A DNA stretch of 64,000 nt, taken from the IMG/VR virus record IMGVR_UViG_3300045988_131126, one strand, 5' to 3'. The position numbers and the translations under genes were made by a program. Under the pieces are notes generated by a model, which saw nothing but the letters and a program-made list of their open reading frames with translations, did not search any database and had not been told where the DNA came from. Numbering within the stretch: position 1 is the first letter of the stretch; every line of letters begins with the position of its first letter. This document shows positions 44,404 to 54,255 of this stretch, piece after piece. The DNA comes from a virus.

Positions 44404-47088
44404 TTAATATTGGAAGATTACGTGTCCTGGACCTTCATAATTAGAATTTAATGATACTATATCTACATTAGACAACTCTGATTCTGATGAATGAGATATC
44501 ATTAAACATTGGGATATATTCATAGCCATCATCATTCTATTTATAGTAGGAATAAATGATGCTCTATTACCTTCATCTAATGGCGAATCTACTTCATCTA
44601 ATCTTATAATATTGCATTTTCCTGATCCTTGCATTGATAAAGCTAACGATATAATCATACTTATCATAGATCTTTGAGCCGATGAGCAACTCTTAATATC
44701 ATCATTGATAATGCTAGACGACAATGATTTTACTGGTATTCTGAATTCATTTTCATTGATAATATAATCCATTAATACTAAATCACCATCAAAGAGCATA
44801 GATAATAATTCATTTGCTATCTTTAATGTCTTACCCATATATAGCTCCATATACAATGTCTGTATACCTTTAGATGGAGAACTATATTTTCTAACCATTT
44901 CAACCTTCTCATATTTTAAATTTAATAATTCTAATTCTTTTTGATACTGATCGAGCATTTTGAGAGAGAACTTGATTTCTTCTTGTTCTTTCTGTGCCGG
45001 TTCAAGCTCAGAATTAAAATTATTTATAGATGATTGAATTTTATTTATATTATCCAAACAGATTCTAATAGATTCTATATCTTTAGATAGCACACTACCA
45101 TTATTACTAAGAGTATTAATCTTATCACAGACCATACCATATTCGTCATATCTCCTATTTAATTCTTCTAAGTTATTTAATTGAGTACTCTTAGATACAA
45201 ATTCTTTTGATAAATAATCTATATCTTTATTATTTTCATCTATCTTGATATTATAATCATTTAATTTCTCAGAAAGGCTCTTTATATCAGAATTTAATTC
45301 GTTTATAAGATCTATCTTATCTTTAAGAGCATCCAATTTAGTTAACAATATATCGATTTCTGTCTGATTATTCTTATATAATTCCATCTGATTTACTATT
45401 TCGAGATTATTCATGACAGATTCTGTAGCTTTATTTAAATCGAATTCACTTATAAGATACTTCATTACGTTATTATTATCAAGAATAAATGAAGCACCTA
45501 TCTGCGTAAATATTTCTTTATTAGATTCTATTGATCTTAATATTACATTTAATCTATTAATAATATCAAGATCGTCTTCAAGTTCTACTATAGTATCAGA
45601 ATATATGGTAAGATCCATCTGAGAATCAAATAATTCTTTCCCTAAAGATTCTTTTTTCTTTAGAGGATCTCTTTTCTGAGCTTCTACTGCTGATTTAATA
45701 AACGGGCAACTATCATCGTTACATCCAGACGGACGTTTATCCAGAGATTTCATTAGCTCTATATCATTATCGCATAAAGATATATTATATTTCAACTCTC
45801 TGATTTTATCCTCAGATGCTAATTTGTTTAATCTGGTTTCTTTTAATATATCAATGATATTTTTACCATTAGATACTATATCATATATATATTTAAGATT
45901 TTCCATAAAAGCTTGCTCTTTTATTCTATTGATATCTTCTATAATAAGATTCAATGTGTTCATACCGGCAGCAAACTCTGTTACAGATATATTTATATTA
46001 AAATTATCCGGAATGAATTTCTTTATTTCCTCATTCTTCTTTATTAAAGAATCTAATTTATTCTGTAATATAGATAAATTACCATCAGCAGTTAAAGTAC
46101 TTAATTTTATCTTCTTAGCTTTTAACTGCTCGTCATCTTTACTTAAATAAGAAAGCATTATCTCATTCTCTTTACGTAAATCATTAATATCCATTTCTAT
46201 ATTAGTAATATTACTTTTTAAAGAATTGATATTCTTTAATAATTCCTCCCTATCTTTATAATCGTATCTATTAATAATAAGCTCAAGATTTTTCTTTTCC
46301 GCAGATAAAGATTGAATCTGAATAACTATATTATTATATTTCTCTTGTATAGAACCATCAGGATCCAATACTTTAACAGATGCTTCATTATCTGAAAGAG
46401 ATTTTGAGTATTTTTCTTTCTCTATAGTAAGATACTTAATTCTTTCTTCCAATGCAACCAATCTGTTTTTCAATTCTTCTTCATTACCAATAGCACTTAT
46501 CTTAGAGGCCGCACTATTTATCAATGATTTAAATGCAGAAGCTCTTTTACTCAAAGTTTTATAGATATTATTATAAACTTCTACAGATTCAAGGATAGCA
46601 GTTACAAATCTTTTTCTTTCATTTGGACTTTTAGATACAATACCTCTATCATCCATAGATAATTTTGTTAAAGACACATAATTAGGATCTAATCCGAACA
46701 GATTGTATATAGTGTCTTTGTATGAAGTAATATTACCATTACTATTTAATTCTTCTGTATCCCCTCCTGGATTTATTTTAGTAATAAACCCTTTTATTAC
46801 AGATCTAGTACCGTCGTATTTTACAGGATGCACTATTCTTAAATTATATATTACATCATTATCAATATATGATATTTCTTTAACCCCTTCTTTTCCATCT
46901 ACCATACTACTATTACTATCCGGTAATGGACTCGAAGCGTCCAATATAGTAGTTTTTCCTGATCCATTAGGACCAATAATCAACACAATACTAGAAATGC
47001 ATTTACTGAAATCTATACAGATTTCATCTAATCCACTGGCTCTTTTTATACCAGCATAATTTTTCATATATAAGCGTAATAGTTTCAT
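44404..47088 (-). CDS. SbcC/Rad50-like recombination ATPase (T4 gp46-like)
   Basis: 894 aa. Walker A IIGPNGSGKTTILDA (about 46950-46976). Long coiled-coil middle with a central Cys pair PSGCNDDSCPF (45701-45732), a possible zinc hook. Signature-like SSAQRSMIS. Walker B NIIRLDEVDSPLD. Confidence 0.8.
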   Translation of the reverse strand: MKLLRLYMKNYAGIKRASGLDEICIDFSKCISSIVLIIGPNGSGKTTILDASSPLPDSNSSMVDGKEGVKEISYIDNDVIYNLRIVHPVKYDGTRSVIKGFITKINPGGDTEELNSNGNITSYKDTIYNLFGLDPNYVSLTKLSMDDRGIVSKSPNERKRFVTAILESVEVYNNIYKTLSKRASAFKSLINSAASKISAIGNEEELKNRLVALEERIKYLTIEKEKYSKSLSDNEASVKVLDPDGSIQEKYNNIVIQIQSLSAEKKNLELIINRYDYKDREELLKNINSLKSNITNIEMDINDLRKENEIMLSYLSKDDEQLKAKKIKLSTLTADGNLSILQNKLDSLIKKNEEIKKFIPDNFNINISVTEFAAGMNTLNLIIEDINRIKEQAFMENLKYIYDIVSNGKNIIDILKETRLNKLASEDKIRELKYNISLCDNDIELMKSLDKRPSGCNDDSCPFIKSAVEAQKRDPLKKKESLGKELFDSQMDLTIYSDTIVELEDDLDIINRLNVILRSIESNKEIFTQIGASFILDNNNVMKYLISEFDLNKATESVMNNLEIVNQMELYKNNQTEIDILLTKLDALKDKIDLINELNSDIKSLSEKLNDYNIKIDENNKDIDYLSKEFVSKSTQLNNLEELNRRYDEYGMVCDKINTLSNNGSVLSKDIESIRICLDNINKIQSSINNFNSELEPAQKEQEEIKFSLKMLDQYQKELELLNLKYEKVEMVRKYSSPSKGIQTLYMELYMGKTLKIANELLSMLFDGDLVLMDYIINENEFRIPVKSLSSSIINDDIKSCSSAQRSMISMIISLALSMQGSGKCNIIRLDEVDSPLDEGNRASFIPTINRMMMAMNISQCLMISHSSESELSNVDIVSLNSNYEGPGHVIFQY

Positions 47089-47132
47089 TTAAAGTACCTT
47101 CTTTCTTAGATTATAATTAGGTTTCGAATCAA

Positions 47133-47173
47133 TTAAAAAAATAAGAGGAGTAGGTATTCCCTACTCCTCTTAT
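47133..47173 (-). terminator. rho-independent terminator (minus strand)
   Basis: ataagaggagtagg-tattc-cctactcctcttat. The minus strand is followed by ttttttt. Confidence 0.75.
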
Positions 47174-47175
47174 AA

Positions 47176-48480
47176 TTATGCATTTATATTTAATGCTTTA
47201 AATGCACTTTCACGAAACTTTAAATAACCTTCCACATTCGATTTAATAAATCCATCTGGGATAAGTTCAAATGTATCTGGAATCATTTTGAAATTTAGCA
47301 GATTAGCTATAGAAAAGATACCTCCCATTCTATCTATTTCGAATTCTTCGTCATCAGAGAGATCATTTATGATAAATTTTAATATATCGTATGCAATCTT
47401 TATAATCTCTTTCTCTGATCCATTAATATTTCCAGGAATAGTAATTAAACGTCCAGCAGGAAAATCATTACTAATTTTAGACATAGAAAAGGATTCTGAC
47501 ACAGCCATTATATATTTATCACCATTATATTCACAGATGCATGAATATAATGGTGTATTTAACCATTCATCAATTTCTACATCTTTTATATACTTTTCTT
47601 TCTTCGGATTCATGTAATCAAAACGCTTAATTGCACGTTTATCTTCGCTTGTGGCTTTAGGCTTTTTATCTAAAAACTTGGTAATGCATGGTATCACGTT
47701 TCTAGTAAACCCTGCTAATTCTTTAATGTCAGCTTCATCTAATAGATTAGATAAAGGATCATCTTCTTCGACCATGCTCTTTAAATTATTGAGAGCCGAC
47801 TTTTTATATTCTCTCGTGTTAAGTATACTATCATAGAACCATCCGCACTCTTCATCTACAAATAAATTATTTTCAAATTCTGTAGGATAAAATGATGCTA
47901 CTGTAAGGAATAATGAAGACAGTGCTGATGGTATAGCATATTGCTGATTTATATCATGGTATATAAGATTTACAAATTCTTTCATTACATGAATAAATGC
48001 TTTTATAATTTCGGTATTATTGCTTCCTAATTTATCGAGAAAATCTTTATATTTTTCTCCAATAGCAAGTATAATAATTTTCTTATTATCTTCTAAATTT
48101 ACTGCCTGTGTAATATATTCATCTTTAAATGAATCGTCTATGGCAAATACAGTTATAGTATCTTTATCAGCGTTGGGGCATACACCAACAAATACTCCTC
48201 TACTATCTTTATTGCAATCATGAAGAAATCTATTTTCTTTAAATAAGCTCCCTTTTATCATAGCTGCTTCAATATTTGCCATAACGAAAGCTTTATCATC
48301 AGTTGATATAGTATCTCCGTAGTTCGGAGCTAATATATTAACTCCATCATCAAAATTAATAGATCCTTTCATTAAAAGTGCTACCTGTTTTACATCTTTG
48401 CAAAAATTCTGATTCTCTGCGCAAAATTTATTCATTTCTTTAGCGAATTCTATTTTTTCTTCCATTGTTAAATTTCTCAT
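47176..48480 (-). CDS. hypothetical protein
   Basis: ATG 48480 after AAAAGGAGAAAA. ATGA overlap with the upstream stop (the track's longer 48573 start lacks an RBS). 434 aa. Contains NLIYHDI (47953-47970). No Mre11/SbcD phosphoesterase motifs. Confidence 0.7.
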   Translation of the reverse strand: MRNLTMEEKIEFAKEMNKFCAENQNFCKDVKQVALLMKGSINFDDGVNILAPNYGDTISTDDKAFVMANIEAAMIKGSLFKENRFLHDCNKDSRGVFVGVCPNADKDTITVFAIDDSFKDEYITQAVNLEDNKKIIILAIGEKYKDFLDKLGSNNTEIIKAFIHVMKEFVNLIYHDINQQYAIPSALSSLFLTVASFYPTEFENNLFVDEECGWFYDSILNTREYKKSALNNLKSMVEEDDPLSNLLDEADIKELAGFTRNVIPCITKFLDKKPKATSEDKRAIKRFDYMNPKKEKYIKDVEIDEWLNTPLYSCICEYNGDKYIMAVSESFSMSKISNDFPAGRLITIPGNINGSEKEIIKIAYDILKFIINDLSDDEEFEIDRMGGIFSIANLLNFKMIPDTFELIPDGFIKSNVEGYLKFRESAFKALNINA

Positions 48481-48782
48481 AGTGTTTTCTCCTTTTCTTT
48501 TAGTGCTTTGCATACTTCTATGAAATCTTCCATTTTTGAAATTTTCATTGGTACCGGAACACATCCAGTCCAATCTATTTTAAATATTTCTTTGCATTTA
48601 TTGCATTTGAAATATCTAAAACTTCTGTTTTTAAGTTTACTTGTGTCATGAGTACTTAAAAGCATTTGATAATTAAAAGGTCTATTGTAATTATCAAACA
48701 ATTCAAGACTGTCCAAAGCATTACACTTTGGACAGCTCTCGTGATGATCATGATATATCAAGGGTCGTAATGTCTTCGTCAT
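48477..48782 (-). CDS. small zinc-ribbon protein
   Basis: 101 aa. CPKC..(45 aa)..CNKC. The N-terminus MTKTLRPLIYHDHHES carries the motif (48747-48764). Confidence 0.6.
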   Translation of the reverse strand: MTKTLRPLIYHDHHESCPKCNALDSLELFDNYNRPFNYQMLLSTHDTSKLKNRSFRYFKCNKCKEIFKIDWTGCVPVPMKISKMEDFIEVCKALKEKEKTL

Positions 48783-49491
48783 TTTCTATATCCTCTTCAT
48801 CAAATAAGATTTGTTCATATCCTAAACAGTCTCCTATAGTTGTAATTTCATTGTAATCGAATAATGATGTATACCAAACATTATTTTTACAATGTTCTTT
48901 TATATATCTGACAAACTGTTTTAAAGGCTCATACTCACGAATATGTTCTGGTAATTTAGAAATAGGTGTCAGCATTGCTGGAATGTAGAAACAACTAAGA
49001 TTATATGCTCTTTCTGCATAATTATCTATTTCACTCATTCCATCAATTAAACCTAATGCTGATAAACTATACATATATTCATTGGTAAGTACCTCGTATA
49101 CTTTAGTAATCAATGCAAATTCTCCACTGTATAATTCACCAGTAAATAAAATTGTGTAACAATCATCTCCGTATTTAACAGTGCATACTGACAGGAATAA
49201 AGATCCTGCAACGGCTTTCTGGTCATCTGTTAAATCGCTACTTTTAGAAGCTACTTCAACAAATTTATCGACAGATTCTTCATTAAGTTCGCATATAATG
49301 CAATGTACATGCTTATCTTCTACTTTTGTAATTCTACCGATATTAGATACTTTAATACCTCCTGCTGATAAGCACGCTACAGATACAGCTTTTGATAACT
49401 GATCATCTGCAAGTACTTCAATTGTTTCCTTCGGGTTTGGTTCATGCTGAATTAATTGGTTTAATGTTTCTGCTACTTTTGTGTAAATCAT
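48748..49491 (-). CDS. hypothetical protein (acidic C-terminus)
   Basis: ATG 49491 after CAGGAGG. ATGA overlap with the upstream stop. 247 aa. Confidence 0.65.
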   Translation of the reverse strand: MIYTKVAETLNQLIQHEPNPKETIEVLADDQLSKAVSVACLSAGGIKVSNIGRITKVEDKHVHCIICELNEESVDKFVEVASKSSDLTDDQKAVAGSLFLSVCTVKYGDDCYTILFTGELYSGEFALITKVYEVLTNEYMYSLSALGLIDGMSEIDNYAERAYNLSCFYIPAMLTPISKLPEHIREYEPLKQFVRYIKEHCKNNVWYTSLFDYNEITTIGDCLGYEQILFDEEDIENDEDITTLDIS

Positions 49492-50390
49492 AATTCTGTC
49501 CTCCTGTATACATAAATGATATATGTGATCTTGCCATCTCCCACTTTTTTCATGCAGGAAATACAAGCGTTCACCGAGTCATGTAACTTCTTAAGAAGAT
49601 TATCTTTATTACGTTTATCAGTTATTGCAACTGATACATCACAACTTGGATTATTGCAATCGAATATATAATTTGTCTTTGCAGAATGAGGTATCTTATT
49701 TTTATCCTCATCTTCTACAGACCCTACTAAATACGTATGAACGTATTCAATATTAGCCAAATTCTTTCTTTTTTCTATAAATAAGTTAACTGGTATATCC
49801 ATTTTAAGATAATCGTTATGTATATTAAAAGTTATTTGTATTTTATCATAAACTTTTATCAATTTAAGTAATGAATTAGGTAGTTCTTTAGGCAATACGC
49901 TAACGTTGAAAACTTTCTTATTTTTTGCAAAATCATCTATTTCTGATTCAATTTTTATAGATGGATTTATAATTTCTTCATCTTTAGAAGATAATATATT
50001 CTTGAAAGGTTTTTTAAATTTTATATCAGAGTTTATAATTTTCTCTGTATCAGAAATATAATTCTTAACGGATAATACTATTTTATCAGTAATTTCATTT
50101 TCTATTTTATCAGCTTCGTTATCCGGAATATGATCTTCATGCTTGTCTAAAATATATCCATATGGTAGCACTATTACATCAAAAATTTTATCAGTTTCAT
50201 ATATAAAGTTATTCCCAGATAGATATATTATTATGGATTCTGATCTTGATTCTAAACGTATTCTAATAAATACTTTATAATCTTCTGATGATATATTCAT
50301 TATATTATCGGTATCTGGATAATCTACATCATAATTATCTAGAAAGTCTTTAATACAGATAACTAAATCATTAGGTAGTGTTTTGATCAT
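49488..50390 (-). CDS. hypothetical protein
   Basis: 300-aa ORF with GAAGGAGAA RBS. Confidence 0.7.
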   Translation of the reverse strand: MIKTLPNDLVICIKDFLDNYDVDYPDTDNIMNISSEDYKVFIRIRLESRSESIIIYLSGNNFIYETDKIFDVIVLPYGYILDKHEDHIPDNEADKIENEITDKIVLSVKNYISDTEKIINSDIKFKKPFKNILSSKDEEIINPSIKIESEIDDFAKNKKVFNVSVLPKELPNSLLKLIKVYDKIQITFNIHNDYLKMDIPVNLFIEKRKNLANIEYVHTYLVGSVEDEDKNKIPHSAKTNYIFDCNNPSCDVSVAITDKRNKDNLLKKLHDSVNACISCMKKVGDGKITYIIYVYRRTEL

Positions 50391-50404
50391 TTTTATTTCT
50401 CCTT

Positions 50405-50442
50405 CAAAAGACCATTAAGGATATAAAAAATCCTTAATGGTC
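50405..50442 (-). terminator. terminator hairpin (minus strand)
   Basis: gaccattaagga-tataaaaaa-tccttaatggtc. The minus strand is followed by tttt. Confidence 0.55.
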
Positions 50443-50448
50443 AAACTT

Positions 50449-50745
50449 TCATGAGTAGAATGGATTAAAGTCTTTCATTCTTTTGCTTTTCTTTTCCTTT
50501 ATCAGTTTCTTACTGGATCTCTTAATAAGATAGTGCATACCTTCTTTATCTGCATCATAAACTGATTTACATTCAGTACAAATCAGTTTGATTTCTACCT
50601 CATCGTCTAAATTATTAGATTTAGGTATACCTCTTTTATCTAAATCCATCATACTAATACTTTTTTCTACCAGTACCAAAATACCTTCGCATTTTGGACA
50701 CTGATTTAAACCTAATCTGTGAATTGGATGTATTGGAATATTCAT
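50449..50745 (-). CDS. small zinc-ribbon protein (same architecture as 48477..48782)
   Basis: 98 aa. CPKCEG..(40 aa)..CTECKS. The N-terminus is MNIPIHPIHRL. The extreme C-terminus is KDFNPFYS (50452-50472). Confidence 0.65.
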   Translation of the reverse strand: MNIPIHPIHRLGLNQCPKCEGILVLVEKSISMMDLDKRGIPKSNNLDDEVEIKLICTECKSVYDADKEGMHYLIKRSSKKLIKEKKSKRMKDFNPFYS

Positions 50746-50755
50746 TACTCTCTCC

Positions 50756-50983
50756 TTAGCTTATTTTCATAAGACTATAATACCCTTCAGCTACAATTAC
50801 AGCATCTGAATATCTACTTTCTCCTGTTGTATTCATTTCAGTAAACTCTTTCCATTTACCATTTACTAAAACTTTTTTAGGTTTATAACCCGCAGGATTT
50901 ACCGTTGATTCTATATCTTTTCTCTGTTTTCTCTGAGTTGTAGAGTACAGAAAATAAACATAACGTCCATTTGATTCTGGCAA
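50756..50983 (-). CDS. small hypothetical protein
   Basis: 75 aa with a TTG start 7 nt after GAGGAGGG. Confidence 0.5.
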   Translation of the reverse strand: MPESNGRYVYFLYSTTQRKQRKDIESTVNPAGYKPKKVLVNGKWKEFTEMNTTGESRYSDAVIVAEGYYSLMKIS

Positions 50984-51049
50984 TTCAAATCCCTCCTCAT
51001 ATCTTTTATAATAATGTGCTGCTTAATACTATCCATATCACAAAATCTT

Positions 51050-52813
51050 TTATTCTGCTACAGCTATACTATTAGGGATACTCTCAATATTATCAATTTC
51101 CTTGTTAATACGAGCTATAGGCGTAATCAATTTCTCAATAGAACTAAGAGTATCTTGAATAACTGCTAAACGTTGTTCTTCAACATTAACTCCGTTTATA
51201 GTTCCTTGATATTCCAATGCATTTTTAAGACCTTCTAACTGAGCATATTGAGCTAATACTTGATCAACTTCTGCTCTCCAGTTATTTGGCTCTTTATAAT
51301 CACTAAAGAAGTTATTATGAATTGAAGCCATCGGGCAAAGCATTCCAGATAATCCTGGATCATTTGCTGTAGAGCTATCCAAATCCAATCTTCCCAAGTG
51401 AGTAGGATGTACTTGTCTATAATTTACTGGAATAGATGCAGTATTACCATCTCCAACTCCACTTACTCCTTTATAAGTGAATTTAAGAGCTGTAATAGCA
51501 TCCATATCATTTACGCTATTATTATAGTTTACCAGACTGTCTTTCGAGATCTGTTTCAATAGAAAATCTGGGAATGTATAAATAGCTTTCTCTAATCTAT
51601 CTATCTGCAATTTGGAAGCTTCATCAGATATTCTATAAAGGCCTGTAGCTAATTTAATAGCATAAATAGCTCCAAAATATTCTTCATATCTGATACGCTT
51701 TGTAGATATATCTAGATTGTCTTTCTTTCTTAATTCATTAAATTCCCTAAGAATCCATATAATTATATCATAGATATTCTTTTTACATTCTTCTGGAAGT
51801 TTTAAGTTTTCTTGAGTTGGAATATCCAATATAGATTCAAGAGAATCTAATACATTTAATCCTTTCTCTACAGTCTTATTGTTGTAAGAATCTCCAAGTA
51901 CTGCTATCCAATACTCTAATGTATAGACATTATTCAATGAGGTTTCCCTTGACACTGAATTATATACAGTATACATTAAACTCTGAGCTACAGGATCATT
52001 ATCATATATATACTTAGGTAATGAAATATACATATTATTTTTCTTTACCGTGTAATAATCATCCTTTTCGATATCATGATCTGAAATGTACAGATCATTT
52101 ACTTTTAATAATTGACAAGTTTGATAGAATCCAAATCTAGCCAATAAGTATCTCATAAGAGGACAATTCTTCTTAAAGATATTACTCATATACCAGATGC
52201 ATTCTTTAGTTTCTCCATTTGTCATTTTAAGCTTCTCTATATATCTATAGATTCTAGATGCCATAAATAAAGTTTTGAAAGCTATATTTTGTGACTTTGG
52301 ATTTGCAGAATTGGAATTATTATAAGTAGATCCATCCACTACCTGATATAGAGATGAATATATATTTCCAAATATTCTGAAATAATATTTGTCAACGATT
52401 TTAGGTACTTCTATAAGCACCCTGAGATTTTTAGATCTAGGAGATCCCTCTTTAGGATTAGGGACCTCCAGATAATAATCAACGATTAATAATCTTATAT
52501 CGGAATCTTTTAACGGGATATAATTATATTTATCGTCGATTTTCTGTTTATTTTTATTCTTAGATTTGAATTTCTCTTGCTCACGCAATAATATACGTAT
52601 TTGCTGATAATCATCCACCACAGAAAAATTCATTACTTTAATGACAAAGTAACGATCTCTCTCGATAGATAATATAACCTTTTTCAAAACTTCTATTATT
52701 GCATCATCAGATCTATTAAATAATTCTGGGTTAAATTGTGGCCTATTCTTATCATTATATTCTCTTATAAAAGAATATTGATTAGGTTCGATCACTTCTC
52801 TATTCACATTCAT
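51050..52813 (-). CDS. multisubunit RNA polymerase beta-like protein, N-terminal half
   Basis: ATG 52813 after CAGGAGG (the track's 52834 start contains the RBS). YRQVHPTHLGRLDLDSSTANDPGLSGMLCP (51377-51409 core) matches beta vRDVHPTHYGRvCPIETPEGPNIGLI. It ends shortly after this segment. Confidence 0.7.
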   Translation of the reverse strand: MNVNREVIEPNQYSFIREYNDKNRPQFNPELFNRSDDAIIEVLKKVILSIERDRYFVIKVMNFSVVDDYQQIRILLREQEKFKSKNKNKQKIDDKYNYIPLKDSDIRLLIVDYYLEVPNPKEGSPRSKNLRVLIEVPKIVDKYYFRIFGNIYSSLYQVVDGSTYNNSNSANPKSQNIAFKTLFMASRIYRYIEKLKMTNGETKECIWYMSNIFKKNCPLMRYLLARFGFYQTCQLLKVNDLYISDHDIEKDDYYTVKKNNMYISLPKYIYDNDPVAQSLMYTVYNSVSRETSLNNVYTLEYWIAVLGDSYNNKTVEKGLNVLDSLESILDIPTQENLKLPEECKKNIYDIIIWILREFNELRKKDNLDISTKRIRYEEYFGAIYAIKLATGLYRISDEASKLQIDRLEKAIYTFPDFLLKQISKDSLVNYNNSVNDMDAITALKFTYKGVSGVGDGNTASIPVNYRQVHPTHLGRLDLDSSTANDPGLSGMLCPMASIHNNFFSDYKEPNNWRAEVDQVLAQYAQLEGLKNALEYQGTINGVNVEEQRLAVIQDTLSSIEKLITPIARINKEIDNIESIPNSIAVAE

Positions 52814-53441
52814 AACTGCCTCCTGTAACGTCAATACTCATTGCTGTACCAATCGGGTTAGGAACGTCCGGCTTGGAATCCTGTAACGTAAGAGTTAACT
52901 TCATATCTAAAGCATCAGCCATTCGTTCCATCATAGTTAATGATACCGTATTTTTATTGAAAATACGTTTGTCATTATTATAATTAGATCCGAATCTATG
53001 CTCATAGTTATCTAGGTTAATATGTTTCTTATTCACCGCTTCTTTTAAAAGTCTCATAGCAGGTGAATCTTTTTCGTCAATAGGATATACTGACGTATTG
53101 TCCGGATTGGTCAATACGTCTTTTTCCATATTGATAACCGTTTGCTGTAAATTAGCCAACTCATCATAGCTTTTAGCTTTACTGAAATCTACTAATTTAT
53201 CTTTACTATATGCTTTTTTATCTTCTGCTGAGGTTGGTAAATATACTCTAGAAATCGTCGGACCGACATCTATACCAACCTTGTTTGCATTATTTAAAGT
53301 ATTACCCGTTAATATAGGTAACACATAATCCTCATCTTCAATTGCTACATGTCCAGATACATAAGCATCTGGATTCTTAGTGTAAGTCTCTAATGAAACT
53401 ACATCATAAAACTTTTTATTTAATTCTGCAACGCCAGCCAT
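52800..53441 (-). CDS. hypothetical protein
   Basis: 213-aa ORF with AAAGGAG RBS. Overlaps the RNAP-beta-N start by 14 nt. Confidence 0.7.
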   Translation of the reverse strand: MAGVAELNKKFYDVVSLETYTKNPDAYVSGHVAIEDEDYVLPILTGNTLNNANKVGIDVGPTISRVYLPTSAEDKKAYSKDKLVDFSKAKSYDELANLQQTVINMEKDVLTNPDNTSVYPIDEKDSPAMRLLKEAVNKKHINLDNYEHRFGSNYNNDKRIFNKNTVSLTMMERMADALDMKLTLTLQDSKPDVPNPIGTAMSIDVTGGSYECE

Positions 53442-53461
53442 AATAAAAAATCTCCTTTCGT

Positions 53462-53502
53462 GGTAAAATAGAGGTACGAACTAAACAACTTAGTTCGTAC
53501 CT
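53462..53502 (-). terminator. terminator hairpin (minus strand)
   Basis: aggtacgaactaa-acaac-ttagttcgtacct (13 bp). The minus strand is followed by ctatttta. Confidence 0.6.
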
Positions 53503-53520
53503 TACTATTTTTATAATATA

Positions 53521-54120
53521 TTATTCTGTGGCATTTTCAGATGAACTATCATCATCTTTAATCAGTCTCTTAACTGCTCCATCTGGAATGAATGACATAA
53601 CTTTCTCACCATCGATCACATCAACTGTTGCTACGAAATATGGATCGTGCTTAAGTTCGAATGTACTTCCTTCAACAGCATTCTGATCGAGGAAATCTTT
53701 CAGTAATGAGAAGAATAATGTTGATAACTGAGATAATACATCTGGTGCACTAAATCTTACTTTGAAGTCATCGAAACCACGTTTTGCAATAACTTCCTTT
53801 GGACCGGATTCATAGATACTGTATGTTTTACAATCCTTAATATCTTCTGGATCGAATGTAAACTCTACAGACCAGTTGCCCGGATTACCATCTTCGCCCT
53901 CGATATACTCTACAGTAGCAGCTGCTACCATATTTCCTTTGATATCTTCGAATACTAAAGCGGTTTTTTCTTTCTTGGATTTTACCTGTTTTAAGAAATC
54001 GACAGTTCCAGTAATACTGAACTGAATTACCTCAACTACATCTCCAAAGTTTACTGTCCATGACAGTCCTTTGCACTCCTGGATCATGTTTGCGATTAAG
54101 CTGCTGTCTGTTAATTTCAT
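53521..54120 (-). CDS. hypothetical protein, probably highly expressed; acidic C-terminal tail
   Basis: 199 aa with TAAGGAGG RBS. G/C3-richer codon usage. Own terminator. Ends KDDDSSSENATE. Confidence 0.75.
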   Translation of the reverse strand: MKLTDSSLIANMIQECKGLSWTVNFGDVVEVIQFSITGTVDFLKQVKSKKEKTALVFEDIKGNMVAAATVEYIEGEDGNPGNWSVEFTFDPEDIKDCKTYSIYESGPKEVIAKRGFDDFKVRFSAPDVLSQLSTLFFSLLKDFLDQNAVEGSTFELKHDPYFVATVDVIDGEKVMSFIPDGAVKRLIKDDDSSSENATE

Positions 54121-54255
54121 TTTAAAATCCTCCTTATTTTTCGATATGCAACTTTATGGCATATCTTTTCTTTTTTATTGATTTTATATTGAGGTTTGCA
54201 TATTTGTAAAAATTTACAATATGCAAATTCCCTCAGATATCATAATTAGGTACTA

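Noticed and set aside
47111-47125. ggtttcgaatc resembles a tRNA T-loop (GGTTCGAATC). I also scanned 43650-44403 for tRNA-like arms.
   Set aside because: No acceptor, D or anticodon stems can be drawn around it. It sits next to an ordinary terminator hairpin. I found no convincing cloverleaf anywhere in the window by eye; a tRNAscan run would be the proper check.
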